This document shows positions 10,989 through 21,405 of a DNA stretch of 64,000 nt, in pieces. The notes beneath the pieces were generated by a model. It did not search any database. It was not told the origin of the DNA and saw only the letters and a program-made list of their open reading frames with translations. The DNA is taken from assembly GCA_902583635.1 (NCBI GenBank), contig CACHWJ010000005.1, positions 10,294-74,293 of the forward strand. The letters are read 5' to 3'. Positions within the stretch are counted from its first letter, which is position 1, and the number at the start of each line of letters is the position of its first letter. The position numbers were made by a program, and so were the translations under genes. Source of the DNA: an uncultured Pelagibacteraceae bacterium. GTDB lineage: Bacteria; Pseudomonadota; Alphaproteobacteria; Pelagibacterales; Pelagibacteraceae.

Positions 10989-11108
10989 TTAACTTTTTTT
11001 TCTTTTAAAGCTTCCCTTACCTTTTTTTGGCTTTACTATTTTTGGTTTATATTTTTTTGAATATAAATCTTTAACTAAAGGATTTTTTTTAACTAATTTG
11101 GTAACCAT
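10989..11108 (-). CDS. arfA: Alternative ribosome rescue factor A-like peptide, 39 aa (not in ORF track)
   Basis: MVTKLVKKNPLVKDLYSKKYKPKIVKPKKGKGSFKRKKS carries the ArfA KKGKGS(Y/F)xRK signature; start overlaps the upstream gene's 3' end by 20 nt. Confidence 0.75.
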   Translation of the reverse strand: MVTKLVKKNPLVKDLYSKKYKPKIVKPKKGKGSFKRKKS

Positions 11109-11652
11109 TTTTTTTACTAACTATAAAATTATTATCATTAAATTTTCGTAAAATTTTTTTTCTAAGTCTATAAATATGCGTTTCAACTGTATGTGTTTCA
11201 ATATTGGATTGATATTGCCAAACATTCTTTTCTAATTCTTCAGTATTCACTGGTTTTTTAAATCTCGATAAATATATGATAGTATTCACCTCTTTTTCTG
11301 TAAGTTTAAGATTTTTGTCTTTTGATGACATTTCTCGGGAGTTTTGATTTATAGTATAACTTTTAATACTAATACTTGATTGAATATTAAAATTTTTTTT
11401 CATTAGTTCAATATTAATAATTTCAACTAATTTATATATTTTGATTGGACCGAAATTAAATATTACCTGATGTTCGAAATTTAAAACATTTTTCCTAGTA
11501 ATTATTATGTAGTTTTTAAGATCTTTTATTTTAGTTTTTAGTAATTGAGAATTTTCAGCTTCGACAATGTCGAAATTAAAAATATGATGAATCTCTTTTA
11601 AAATTTGATGTAAAGTAGAAAATTGATAAACTATTAAAGTTTGATTATTCAT
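11089..11652 (-). CDS. OmpR-type winged-helix regulator (CenR-like) with degenerate receiver domain
   Basis: C-terminal LTEKE...VW...THTVETHIYRLRKK; the N-terminus lacks the acidic pocket and phospho-Asp. Confidence 0.8.
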   Translation of the reverse strand: MNNQTLIVYQFSTLHQILKEIHHIFNFDIVEAENSQLLKTKIKDLKNYIIITRKNVLNFEHQVIFNFGPIKIYKLVEIINIELMKKNFNIQSSISIKSYTINQNSREMSSKDKNLKLTEKEVNTIIYLSRFKKPVNTEELEKNVWQYQSNIETHTVETHIYRLRKKILRKFNDNNFIVSKKNGYQIS

Positions 11653-11665
11653 AAGGGTCTACAAT

Positions 11666-12160
11666 ATGACAATTGTATTAAAAAATAAACATACTCTTAA
11701 AGTGGATGAATTTTATTTTAAATGCTGTGTTGGAAAGAACGGTTTAACAAAGAAAAAGAAGGAGGGAGATAAAAAAACACCTAAAGGTAAGTTTGGATTA
11801 GAAAATTTATACTTCAGGGAAGATCGTATTAAGAAACCCCAAACTTCATTAAAATGTATAAAAATCAAGAATAATATGGGTTGGTGTAATGATGTTAAAT
11901 CACCAAAAAAATACAATAAGCTTATTAAAATTAATAAGGTTATAAATCATGAAAAGCTTAAACGTAAGGATCATAAATATGATTTAATAATTCCAATTAA
12001 ATACAACTTCAAAAAACCAATTATTGGTTATGGAAGCTGTATTTTTATTCATTTAACCAAAAATTATAAAACTACTGCTGGATGCATAGCTTTAAACCAA
12101 AAAGACTTTCTAATTATGCTAAAAGTAATAAAAAAAAATTCTAAAATACATATACTTTAA
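11666..12160 (+). CDS. L,D-transpeptidase (YkuD) family protein
   Basis: EGDKKTPKG, GSCIFIH, TAGCIAL catalytic motif. Confidence 0.9.
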   Translation: MTIVLKNKHTLKVDEFYFKCCVGKNGLTKKKKEGDKKTPKGKFGLENLYFREDRIKKPQTSLKCIKIKNNMGWCNDVKSPKKYNKLIKINKVINHEKLKRKDHKYDLIIPIKYNFKKPIIGYGSCIFIHLTKNYKTTAGCIALNQKDFLIMLKVIKKNSKIHIL

Positions 12161-12816
12161 TTGCGCTGACCAAAAATTCTGGAGCCAATTCTTAAATAAG
12201 TTGAATTATTTTTTGCAGCTTCTAGATAGTCTGATGACATACCCATACTTAACTCACTAAATTTATGAGACCTGGAAATTTTTTCCATTTCTTTAAAATA
12301 AAAACTAGTCTCTGTACCCACAGGAGGTATGCACATTAAACCAACCACGTTTAAATTTATGCCCATACAAAATTCGAATAAACTGGTTACCTGTTCAACT
12401 CTTACCCCTGCTTTTTGATCTTCATCTCCAATATTAACTTGTATAAAAATTTTAATTTGTCTGTTAATTTTTAATTGCTCTTCAGCTATTTTTTTTGCAA
12501 GCTTTTCACTGTCAACTGAATGAATATAATCAAATAATTTTACAGCAAACTTAACTTTATTTGTTTGTAATTTTCCAATCATATGAAGCTGAATATTTGG
12601 TTTTTTTTCTTTCAGGTCTGTCCATTTATCAATAGCTTCCTGAACTTTATTCTCCCCAAAATCAATATGACCATGCTCAATTAAAGGTAAAATTTTATCC
12701 ATTTTAAAAGTCTTGGACACTGCAATAATTTTTGGTAGCTTAATTATATTTAAACCAGTCAAATTAGATTTAATTTGGTTTTCTAAATGTACTAAATTTT
12801 GAATTGTCTTATGCAT
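12157..12816 (-). CDS. yggS: PLP homeostasis protein (YggS family)
   Basis: IIAVSKT, FGENKVQE, HMIGKLQTNK, LSMGMSSD, RIGSRIFG. Confidence 0.95.
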   Translation of the reverse strand: MHKTIQNLVHLENQIKSNLTGLNIIKLPKIIAVSKTFKMDKILPLIEHGHIDFGENKVQEAIDKWTDLKEKKPNIQLHMIGKLQTNKVKFAVKLFDYIHSVDSEKLAKKIAEEQLKINRQIKIFIQVNIGDEDQKAGVRVEQVTSLFEFCMGINLNVVGLMCIPPVGTETSFYFKEMEKISRSHKFSELSMGMSSDYLEAAKNNSTYLRIGSRIFGQRN

Positions 12817-13356
12817 TATAATTTTAAAACAAAATATTACTTTATAAACAAATTTGATACAAAAAATATTAATAAACTAGATAAATACACAACTGTAATT
12901 TACAGAAATTATTCCTCAAAAAAAATAGATGAATTGGTCATACTTAAAATTAAAAATTATTGCAAAAAAAATAAAATAAGATTTTTTTTATCAAATAATA
13001 TAAAATTAGCTATCAAACTTGACTTAGAGGGGGCTTATATCCCATCTTTCAATAAACACTTTGATCATTTAAATTATTCATTAAAAAAAAAATTTGAAAT
13101 AATTGGGTCTGCTCATAATCGTTCAGAGATTAGAATTAAAGAACTGCAGAAAGTCAAAAAAATTATCTTATCTTCTTTATTTAAGAAAAACAAAAATTAT
13201 TTGGGTATTAATAAATTTAAATTATTATCTAATACAACAAAGAAAAATATTGTTGCATTAGGTGGGGTTTCTAAAAAAAATTTGCAAACTTTAAAGATTT
13301 TAAACAATCCAGAATTTGCAGGAATATCGTATTTTGAACAAAAAAAAGGCCCCTAA
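12811..13356 (+). CDS. Thiamine phosphate synthase/TenI-like protein
   Basis: IIGSAHN, LSSLF, ALGGV motifs; start taken at ATG 12811. Confidence 0.7.
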   Translation: MHYNFKTKYYFINKFDTKNINKLDKYTTVIYRNYSSKKIDELVILKIKNYCKKNKIRFFLSNNIKLAIKLDLEGAYIPSFNKHFDHLNYSLKKKFEIIGSAHNRSEIRIKELQKVKKIILSSLFKKNKNYLGINKFKLLSNTTKKNIVALGGVSKKNLQTLKILNNPEFAGISYFEQKKGP

Positions 13357-13370
13357 AAAGGGGCCCTTTT
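13340..13370. terminator. Intrinsic terminator (strongest for the porin gene, possibly bidirectional)
   Basis: A8-GGCCCCT-AAAA-AGGGGCC-CTTTT between convergent genes. Confidence 0.85.
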
Positions 13371-13391
13371 AATAATTCAATCTAAATTAAA

Positions 13392-14339
13392 TTAGAATGC
13401 GAAAGTAGCAGATAACGCCCATCTTTCTTTTTCACCAGCTACACCTGCAGTGTTACCTGAACCCTCAAAATTGTATTGAGTAGCAGATAAAGTTACACCA
13501 CCAGTAGTGTAAGAAACATTGTATTTCTCACCGTCTTCGTCAGTGTTTTGACCTTCAGTATCAATTGTCTCAGTACCGTAAGCGATAGATAAATCGTCAG
13601 TTACAGTATAAGCAATATTGTATGAAGTAATTTCTTCATCTTTTGTAGTAGATGAAGCTTCAACATCACTGTCAGTGTTTGAGTAACTTAGTGTAAATGA
13701 ACTGATCGCGTACGATCCTTTCATAGTTGTGTGTTCAGCCATTGCACCAACTGTTTCTGTATCACCTACAGCATAGTCAAGTGTTAAACCATCAACACCT
13801 GTGTAGCCTACACCGAATGAAGTAGCAGAAGCTCCACCTGCTCCACCTGGAGAGTAAGAAACATTAACTGATACATCATCAACAAATGAAGGCAATGTAT
13901 AAAATATGCTATTGTTACCAGCTTCAGCAGATAGCGGTGAAGTAAATCCTGAACCGTTATCCCATAAATCACCAGCAGCAGTAGTATCAATTGAAGACTG
14001 AGCAGAAGATCCACCCTCACCAGAGAACTTTAGTGTTCCCATAGCGTCTGAACTAACTGTTACAGAGTGACTGTCAAATGGTGCATTTGTTATACCAGTT
14101 GTACTATCGTCAGCTTGGTCAAGAGTGAAAGCTAATGATACAGTCATACCATTGTCTAACTCACCAGAACCACTGAAATCTAACTGGTTACCCATTGTCC
14201 AAGACTTACCTGTTGCAGACTTAGACGTATTTTTAAGACCTATACTTGCTCCACCGCTCACTGACATCTCACCAGCGTAAGCTGATACAGATACAAGCGA
14301 AGCTGCTAAAGCAGTTAAGCCTACTCTTTTAATGTTCAT
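13392..14339 (-). CDS. Outer-membrane porin
   Basis: Signal peptide (AYA), GSGELDNGMTV motif, amphipathic beta strands, C-terminal Phe, strong AAGGAG RBS. Confidence 0.9.
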   Translation of the reverse strand: MNIKRVGLTALAASLVSVSAYAGEMSVSGGASIGLKNTSKSATGKSWTMGNQLDFSGSGELDNGMTVSLAFTLDQADDSTTGITNAPFDSHSVTVSSDAMGTLKFSGEGGSSAQSSIDTTAAGDLWDNGSGFTSPLSAEAGNNSIFYTLPSFVDDVSVNVSYSPGGAGGASATSFGVGYTGVDGLTLDYAVGDTETVGAMAEHTTMKGSYAISSFTLSYSNTDSDVEASSTTKDEEITSYNIAYTVTDDLSIAYGTETIDTEGQNTDEDGEKYNVSYTTGGVTLSATQYNFEGSGNTAGVAGEKERWALSATFAF

Positions 14340-14451
14340 AATAATTACTCCTTTAATTATTGTTAATTATTAATAATAAACATTGCCTATGTAGCATTTT
14401 CTTAAGATTCTTTTTTTTGTAACTATTAATTTTGATGTAAAAATCGTAAAG

Positions 14452-14469
14452 TGTTGTATTTTTACAACA
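14452..14469. promoter_or_regulatory. Palindromic operator-like site upstream of porin
   Basis: TGTTGTA-TTTT-TACAACA in the divergent porin/DUF3576 intergenic region. Confidence 0.55.
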
Positions 14470-14558
14470 TTATTTTCAACTATTTCTAGATTATTTATCA
14501 AATTTTTCAGATTTTGATGTATAAGCATGGAAATTAAGCTTAATTAGCAGTTTTTAAC

Positions 14559-15077
14559 ATGAAAATAAAATTTGTATTTTTGGTTTTAATTGGTGTGTTT
14601 TTAGCATCATGCAATGGTATTCCTGGAGCAGATGCCAGAAAATATCCAGCAAACCCAGAGGAAAGAGTAAAAAAAAATCTTGCTGAAGGTAAAGGTTTTA
14701 CTTTAAATAAACAAATTGGCAACGTTGCAAGAGGTGGAACATTTGATTTTGCAAGCTCTAATGAACTATGGAGAGCCTCACTAGATGTCATTGATTTTAT
14801 GCCTCTTACATCTGTAAATTATAGTGGTGGCATAATTATTACTGATTGGTATTCCGAAAATAATAGCAATGAGAGTATTAAAATATCTGTAAGATTTTTA
14901 ACCAATGAGTTACGTACAGATGCACTAGACATAAAAGTATTTACCCGAACTTGTGCTAACAGCTTATTAAATTGTAAAATTATAGAAACAGATGGAATTA
15001 TAGTTTCAGAATTAAAAAGAGAAATTTTAAAAAAAGCAGTTTTGTATAAAAAAGAAGACAAGAATAAAAAAAAATAA
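14559..15077 (+). CDS. DUF3576-family lipoprotein
   Basis: Lipobox LASC; LWRASLD..FMPL..GGIIITDWY motif; precedes leuS. Confidence 0.85.
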   Translation: MKIKFVFLVLIGVFLASCNGIPGADARKYPANPEERVKKNLAEGKGFTLNKQIGNVARGGTFDFASSNELWRASLDVIDFMPLTSVNYSGGIIITDWYSENNSNESIKISVRFLTNELRTDALDIKVFTRTCANSLLNCKIIETDGIIVSELKREILKKAVLYKKEDKNKKK

Positions 15078-15131
15078 TTGAAACTTGATGAATAAGTTTT
15101 AATCAGAAATATTTTAAAAAAAATTTAATTT

Positions 15132-17666
15132 GTGGAAAGATATAATTTTAAATCGATAGAAAAAAAGTGGCAAAATTATTGGGAAGAAGAAAAAACTTTT
15201 TCAGCAAAAATAGATAAAAATAAAAAAAAATTTTATTGTTTGGAAATGTTTCCTTATCCCTCTGGAAAAATCCACATGGGACATGTAAGAAACTATACTA
15301 TTGGGGATGTGCTTTCTAGATACAAGTCTCTTCAAGGTTATAATGTTTTACATCCAATGGGGTGGGATTCTTTTGGTATGCCAGCAGAAAATGCTGCAAG
15401 ACAGAACAATTTAGATCCAAAATTGTGGACTGAAAGTAATATCAAGAATATGAAATCTCAATTAAAAAAGCTTGGTTTATCTATTGACTGGGATAGAGAA
15501 ATTTCTACTTGTTCTGAAGATTATTATAAACATCAACAACTTTTTTTCTTAGAACTGCTTGAAAAAAAATTAGTTTATAGGAAAGAAAATTATGTAAATT
15601 GGGATCCTGTAGATGAAACAGTCCTTGCCAATGAACAAGTAATTGATGGTAAAGGTTGGCGATCTGGAGCAAATGTAGAGAGAAAAAAATTAAGTCAATG
15701 GTTTTTCAATATATCAAAATTTTCACAAGATTTGTTGGATGGGTTAGATGATTTAAAATTATGGCCAAATAAAGTAAAGGTCATGCAAAAAAATTGGATT
15801 GGTAAGTCTTTTGGAAGTGAAATAGACTTTAAAATAGAGGGAAATTTACCTGTGGAAAAAATAAAGTGTTTTACCACGAGGCCCGATACACTTTTTGGAT
15901 TTTCTTTTTTAGCACTGTCAGTTGACCATGAGGTTTCTGATTTTTATAAAGATAACAAAGACTTTATTAAATTTCGAGAAGAATGTTCGAAAACTGGGAC
16001 AACTGAAGAAGCAATTGCTGTTGGTGAAAAAATTGGATTTAAAACTGATCTTTTAGCCTTAAATCCTTTTGATCCCTCTCAAAAAGTGCCAGTTTATTTT
16101 GCTAACTTTGTATTAATGGATTATGGATTTGGAGCTGTCTTTGGATGTCCTGCTCACGATCAAAGAGATTATGATTTTGCAAAAAAATATGATCTTGAAA
16201 TAAAGACTGTTGTAAGACCAAAGGACCAAGACGATACTTATAAAGTTTCTAACGAGGCCTACCCTGGACCAGGCGTAATTATAAACTCTGATTTTTTAAA
16301 TGGGCTAAACGCACCAGAGAGTTCAGTAACAGAAACAATTAAGATTTTGGAAAAGAAAAAAATAGGTAATAAGAAAATTAATTTTAGATTAAAAGACTGG
16401 GGTGTGTCTAGACAGAGATACTGGGGTTGCCCAATTCCAGTATTATATGATAATAATGGTAACGTACATCCAGTGCCAAAAAATACTCTGCCTGTGAAAC
16501 TACCTGAAAATATTGATTTAAACGTTAAAGGTAATCCTTTAGATCTTCAAGAAAAGTGGAAAAAAATAAAAGTAGATGGAAGAGAATTTACCAGAGAGAC
16601 AGATACTTTAGATACTTTTGTTTGTTCTTCATGGTATTACCTGAGATTTTGTTCTCCGAACAACGACAATTATGGTTTTAATAAAGATGAAATAGATTAT
16701 TGGATGCCAGTTGATCAGTACATCGGAGGAGTAGAACATGCAATTTTACACTTACTCTACTCGAGATTTTTTATGAGAGCATTATCTCATAAGAATCAAG
16801 ACATTAATATAACTGAACCTTTTAGTGGTTTATTTACACAAGGCATGGTTTGTCATGAGACTTATAAAGATGATGATAACAATTGGGTGGGCCCTGACGA
16901 AATTGAAATAATAAATGGAAAAAAATATTTAAAAAAAGATAACACAAGGGTAGTCAAAGTTGGACCGTCTGAGTCTATGTCTAAATCTAAAAAAAATACG
17001 ATAGATCCTGAAGATATTATTACAAGTTATGGAGCAGATGCTGCTAGATTATTTATATTATCAGACAGTCCACCTGAGAAAGATGTACAGTGGTCTGAAG
17101 AAGGAATTTCTTCTTCTTATAAATTTATTCAAAAATTGTGGAATTTGAATACAAAAATTCTAGAAAAAATTAAAAAAGACAATGATGAAAATGAAGATAA
17201 AGAATTAGAAAAGGAAACCAATAAGTTTTTAAAAAGAATATCAGAGAATCTTGAAAATTTCAGTTATAACAAAATAGTTGCTAATCTTCATGAAATTCAC
17301 AGTTTCCTAACTAAAAGTATTGATAAAAATTATAGTAAAGAAAATATTTTAGATAACTATAAAAAAATATTAATAGCAATAATGCCCATTATACCTCATT
17401 TCTCTAATGAGTGTTTAGAAATGTTAAGTGTGAGAAATGTAAAATGGCCTAATTACGATTTAAGTTTAATAAAAGAGAATGAAATAAGTATTGTTGTTCA
17501 GATTAACGGAAAAAAAAGAGCTTTGATAAAAACAATTCCAGATGAAAGTGAAGAAAATTTATTTAAAATTATAGAAAAAGAAGAAGCATTAAAAAAATAT
17601 ATTGATAACATAACAATAAAAAGAAAAATTTATGTTAAAAATAAATTAATAAATATTATAATCTAG
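15132..17666 (+). CDS. leuS: Leucine--tRNA ligase
   Basis: [20 protein letters not shown] editing motif, SMSKSK; GTG start. Confidence 0.98.
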   Translation: MERYNFKSIEKKWQNYWEEEKTFSAKIDKNKKKFYCLEMFPYPSGKIHMGHVRNYTIGDVLSRYKSLQGYNVLHPMGWDSFGMPAENAARQNNLDPKLWTESNIKNMKSQLKKLGLSIDWDREISTCSEDYYKHQQLFFLELLEKKLVYRKENYVNWDPVDETVLANEQVIDGKGWRSGANVERKKLSQWFFNISKFSQDLLDGLDDLKLWPNKVKVMQKNWIGKSFGSEIDFKIEGNLPVEKIKCFTTRPDTLFGFSFLALSVDHEVSDFYKDNKDFIKFREECSKTGTTEEAIAVGEKIGFKTDLLALNPFDPSQKVPVYFANFVLMDYGFGAVFGCPAHDQRDYDFAKKYDLEIKTVVRPKDQDDTYKVSNEAYPGPGVIINSDFLNGLNAPESSVTETIKILEKKKIGNKKINFRLKDWGVSRQRYWGCPIPVLYDNNGNVHPVPKNTLPVKLPENIDLNVKGNPLDLQEKWKKIKVDGREFTRETDTLDTFVCSSWYYLRFCSPNNDNYGFNKDEIDYWMPVDQYIGGVEHAILHLLYSRFFMRALSHKNQDINITEPFSGLFTQGMVCHETYKDDDNNWVGPDEIEIINGKKYLKKDNTRVVKVGPSESMSKSKKNTIDPEDIITSYGADAARLFILSDSPPEKDVQWSEEGISSSYKFIQKLWNLNTKILEKIKKDNDENEDKELEKETNKFLKRISENLENFSYNKIVANLHEIHSFLTKSIDKNYSKENILDNYKKILIAIMPIIPHFSNECLEMLSVRNVKWPNYDLSLIKENEISIVVQINGKKRALIKTIPDESEENLFKIIEKEEALKKYIDNITIKRKIYVKNKLINIII

Positions 17667-18131
17667 ATGCAAAAAAATATTATTTTCATAATTGTTTTTT
17701 TAATATTCTCTAGTTGTGGTTATAATTCATTATACAAAAATAGTAACATCAAAAATTTTAAATTTAATTTTGAATTAATCCAAACTAGTGGAGACAAATA
17801 TATTAACAATAATATTTCATCAGTGCTAAAAAACTATTCTGATAAAAATTTAAAGGATATTGTAAAAATAAAACTAAACTCTTCTTACTCAAAATCAACA
17901 ATTTCGAGAGACAAGAAAGGTAAGGCTTCAAAATTTAATATTGTGGTTACAACAGATTTTAATTTAATTAATAATGATAAAAAGGTTAAAAAAATAACAA
18001 TTACAGAAAAAATAGCTATTAAAAATATAAGTAATTCGTTTCAACAAAAAAATTATGAAATGAAAATTAAAAAAGATCTTTCAAGGTCAATTGCTAGGCA
18101 ATTTGTAGAAAAATTAACTAGTTATAAATGA
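17667..18131 (+). CDS. lptE: LPS assembly lipoprotein LptE-like
   Basis: Lipobox SSCGY; leuS-lptE-holA synteny. Confidence 0.7.
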   Translation: MQKNIIFIIVFLIFSSCGYNSLYKNSNIKNFKFNFELIQTSGDKYINNNISSVLKNYSDKNLKDIVKIKLNSSYSKSTISRDKKGKASKFNIVVTTDFNLINNDKKVKKITITEKIAIKNISNSFQQKNYEMKIKKDLSRSIARQFVEKLTSYK

Positions 18132-19111
18132 TAGTCAAATCTTTAGAAATTAATAAAATAAAAGAAATAAAAAATTTTTTCCTTTTTTATGGTAAGAACG
18201 AAGGCCATAAAAATCAAGTGATTAGATTTCTTCTGAAAGAAAGTGAGGAAATTTTTAAATATGACGAAAAAGATATTATTGAAAATTCAAATAAATTTGT
18301 TGAAGATATTTTAACTAAATCCTTATTCGAACAAAAAAAAATAATTATAATTAAAAGAGCATCTGACAAAATCTTTCCTTTAATAGAGAAATTAGATGAA
18401 AAAAAACTTGAAGATTTAACAGTCATAATCATGGCTGATATGTTAGAAAAAAAATCTAAACTAAGATCATTTTTTGAAAAACACAAAAAATTTATTTCTG
18501 TTGCTTACTATCCTGATAATGATCAAATACTTTCCAAATTAGCATTGAATTTTTTAAGAGAAAATAAAATCCAATTATCTACATTAAATATTAACTTGAT
18601 TGTTAACAAGTGTAATGGAGATAGAGAAAATTTATTTAATGAATTAAAAAAAATTGAAAATTACAGCTTAGGTGGAAAAAAACTAAATGAGGAAAATATC
18701 TCAAAATTAATAAATTTGTCAGAAAATCATGGTATTTCCTCATTAGTTGACAATTGTCTTGCAAAAAACAGGAAGAAAATAATAAATATTTTAAATGAGA
18801 ATAATTTTAGCAGTGAAGAGGGTATTAAAATTACAAGAACCTTTTTAAATAAGTCAAAAAGAGTTCTTTTACTATCCGAAAATTTTAAAGAAAATAAAAA
18901 TATTGATTTGACAATTGCAACAGCTAGGCCACCCGTATTTTGGAAAGATAAAGAAATTACAAAACAGCAAATACTAAATTGGCCTCCTTATAAAATTAAA
19001 CAATTAATCTATAGATTAGGGGAGCTAGAGTTACAAATTAAAAAAAATGTCAATAAATCAATTATTTTAATTACTGACTTTTTGCTAGATCAGTCTTCAA
19101 CGAAAAGTTAA
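18128..19111 (+). CDS. holA: DNA polymerase III delta subunit
   Basis: LFYG.NEG, SLF, RPPVFWK; synteny. Confidence 0.9.
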   Translation: MIVKSLEINKIKEIKNFFLFYGKNEGHKNQVIRFLLKESEEIFKYDEKDIIENSNKFVEDILTKSLFEQKKIIIIKRASDKIFPLIEKLDEKKLEDLTVIIMADMLEKKSKLRSFFEKHKKFISVAYYPDNDQILSKLALNFLRENKIQLSTLNINLIVNKCNGDRENLFNELKKIENYSLGGKKLNEENISKLINLSENHGISSLVDNCLAKNRKKIINILNENNFSSEEGIKITRTFLNKSKRVLLLSENFKENKNIDLTIATARPPVFWKDKEITKQQILNWPPYKIKQLIYRLGELELQIKKNVNKSIILITDFLLDQSSTKS

Positions 19112-19956
19112 TAGTTTAGTTTAATTATTTCTATAATCTTATTTAGTTGATCTATATCTTTATATTCAAATATTATTTTACCTTTATTATTTTTTTTATT
19201 TTTGATTTCAACGTTCAAACCAACTTTATTTACAATAGACATTTCTAAATGCATTATATTTACATCTTTTGAGTTACTTGGTTTTTGTCTTTTGTTTTTA
19301 AATAGTTTTACAAAATTTTCAGCCTGTCTAACCGAAAGTTTGTTTTCAATTATTTTACTAGCTACAAAATTAGCATTTTCTAATCCAACTAAAATTTTTG
19401 CATGTCCAGCTGATAATTTTTGATTTTCTATTAATTTAACCACACCATCTGGAAGCGACAAAAGTCTAAGCGCGTTAGCAATATAACTACGACTTTTACC
19501 TATAAATTTAGAGACTTTTTCTTGATCATATGAGAATTCATCAATAAGTTTTTTATATCCTTGCGCTTCTTCTAAAGGATTTAAATCATGCCTTTGAACA
19601 TTTTCAACTATTGCGAATTCCAATGATTTTAAGTCATCTGCTTCTGTTATGACCACTGGCACATCATGTAGCCCTGCCTTTTGAGCCGCGAGCCACCTTC
19701 TCTCTCCTGCAATTATTTCAAACTTTAATTGGTCATCATTAGATTTTCGAACTATGATTGGTTGTATTATTCCTCGTTCTCTTATTGAGTTTGCAAGTTC
19801 ATTTAAATTTTCCTCATCAAATATTTTTCTAGGTTGATATTTATTGGGTACAAGGTCACTTACACCTAGTCTATTTTTTTGAGTCTCGACTTTAGTTTCA
19901 CCTATAAGAGATGATAATCCCCTTCCAAGACCTCTTTTTATTTTATTAGAATCCAT
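19108..19956 (-). CDS. parB: Chromosome partitioning protein ParB
   Basis: GLGRGLSSL, QPRK.F, IIAGERRWLAA, ENVQR.DL, HTH. Confidence 0.97.
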   Translation of the reverse strand: MDSNKIKRGLGRGLSSLIGETKVETQKNRLGVSDLVPNKYQPRKIFDEENLNELANSIRERGIIQPIIVRKSNDDQLKFEIIAGERRWLAAQKAGLHDVPVVITEADDLKSLEFAIVENVQRHDLNPLEEAQGYKKLIDEFSYDQEKVSKFIGKSRSYIANALRLLSLPDGVVKLIENQKLSAGHAKILVGLENANFVASKIIENKLSVRQAENFVKLFKNKRQKPSNSKDVNIMHLEMSIVNKVGLNVEIKNKKNNKGKIIFEYKDIDQLNKIIEIIKLNY

Positions 19957-20750
19957 TAAGCAGCACTCCCCATTGTTGTCTCTTGATTTAAAAATTCATC
20001 TGTAAAACTAAAATATGCTTTGCTACCTGGACAGGTCTTATCATATATTAGAACTGGCATCCCATGCGAAGGTGCCTCCGACAATCTAACATTCCTAGGT
20101 ATTACTGTTGAATAAACTTTTTCATTAAAATAATCTCTAGCCTCCTTCTCAACTTGGGAGGACAGCTTATTTCGTTTATCATACATCGTTAATAGTATTC
20201 CTCTAATGCTCAAGTCAGGGTTAAGACTTACCTTTATTCTCTCAATTGTTTTCATTAACTGAGTTAAACCTTCTAAAGCAAAAAATTCTGTCTGAAGTGG
20301 GACTAGAAGTGAGTTTGAGCTTACCAGCGCCATTACAGTCAGTAAGCTTAGAGATGGTGGACAATCTATTAATATATAATCATATGTTCCTCCAGAATTG
20401 TTTAAATATGCGGTTAATTTTACTTTTAACAAGAAAGCTCTGTTGCTATCATCAGCCGTCTCGACCTCAAGACCAGATAAGTCTACGTTAGAGGTTATTA
20501 TATCGAGATTTTCAAACTTCGTTTTTTTAATCACATCGCTTATTTCCTTAGTTCCATTAAGAACCCCATAAATTGTCTCTGAAGAATTATCCATATTTGA
20601 TAATCCAAGACCAGTAGTTGCATTTCCCTGTGGGTCTAAGTCTAAAACTAGAATTTTCTTGTTTTGTTGAGATAGACCTGCCGCTAAGTTAATTGCTGAA
20701 GTTGTTTTACCAACCCCACCCTTTTGATTTATGACTGAAATAATTTGCAT
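19956..20750 (-). CDS. parA: Chromosome partitioning ATPase ParA/Soj
   Basis: NQKGGVGKTT, DLDPQGNAT, IDCPPSL, IPRNVRLSEAPS. Confidence 0.97.
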   Translation of the reverse strand: MQIISVINQKGGVGKTTSAINLAAGLSQQNKKILVLDLDPQGNATTGLGLSNMDNSSETIYGVLNGTKEISDVIKKTKFENLDIITSNVDLSGLEVETADDSNRAFLLKVKLTAYLNNSGGTYDYILIDCPPSLSLLTVMALVSSNSLLVPLQTEFFALEGLTQLMKTIERIKVSLNPDLSIRGILLTMYDKRNKLSSQVEKEARDYFNEKVYSTVIPRNVRLSEAPSHGMPVLIYDKTCPGSKAYFSFTDEFLNQETTMGSAA

Positions 20751-20760
20751 TTAATTTTTT

Positions 20761-21405
20761 TTAATTTTTTTTTTTAATTTTTTTCACATTTACTAAAAAA
20801 GATTCTTCGCTGGTTAAACTTTTTTTTTCAGAATAATCTAACTCCCAATTCTTTAATGTATTTTGAAAAATTTCTCTTCCACTCTTACCCATAAAAAAAA
20901 TTATATTTGAAAAATTAGAAAAATTTTCATTCACTAAATCTAAAACTACTGGCATCGGTTTAAATGCTCTAGACATTATTGTTCCTGTTTCTAAATTTTT
21001 TTCTTCAAAAATATTTTTTTGTATTATTTCTGTTTTTAGATTTAATTTTGTAGAGACATCTTTAAGAAAATGGCTTTTATGGTAGCTTTTTTCATAAAGC
21101 TTGACCTTTATATCTTTTTTAAGGCTTTTTAGTAGAATTGCTATAATTATACCCGGCATTCCACTACCTGAGCCTATATCTGTAGTTGTATTACTATTAA
21201 AGTCAACAATATCAATAATTTGCGCAGAATCAATAATATGACGCTCAATTATGTCATTTTTTTCTATAAATTTATCGCTAATTAAGTTGATTTTCTCATT
21301 TTTTTCTAAGATCATTGATATATAGCTTTCGAAGTCTGAAAATGTTTCACGTGAAACATTTAACCCTGAAAGTTTTGAGTAAGAATTTATAATTTCTTGA
21401 TCCAT
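20761..21405 (-). CDS. rsmG: 16S rRNA m7G527 methyltransferase
   Basis: RHIIDSAQ, DIGSGSGMPG, SRAF; mnmG-rsmG-parAB synteny. Confidence 0.93.
   Translation of the reverse strand: MDQEIINSYSKLSGLNVSRETFSDFESYISMILEKNEKINLISDKFIEKNDIIERHIIDSAQIIDIVDFNSNTTTDIGSGSGMPGIIIAILLKSLKKDIKVKLYEKSYHKSHFLKDVSTKLNLKTEIIQKNIFEEKNLETGTIMSRAFKPMPVVLDLVNENFSNFSNIIFFMGKSGREIFQNTLKNWELDYSEKKSLTSEESFLVNVKKIKKKN
21340..21361. promoter_or_regulatory. parS centromere site (ParB binding)
   Basis: Exact consensus TGTTTCACGTGAAACA (21343-21358) inside a 22-bp perfect palindrome, within the rsmG coding sequence. Confidence 0.95.
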
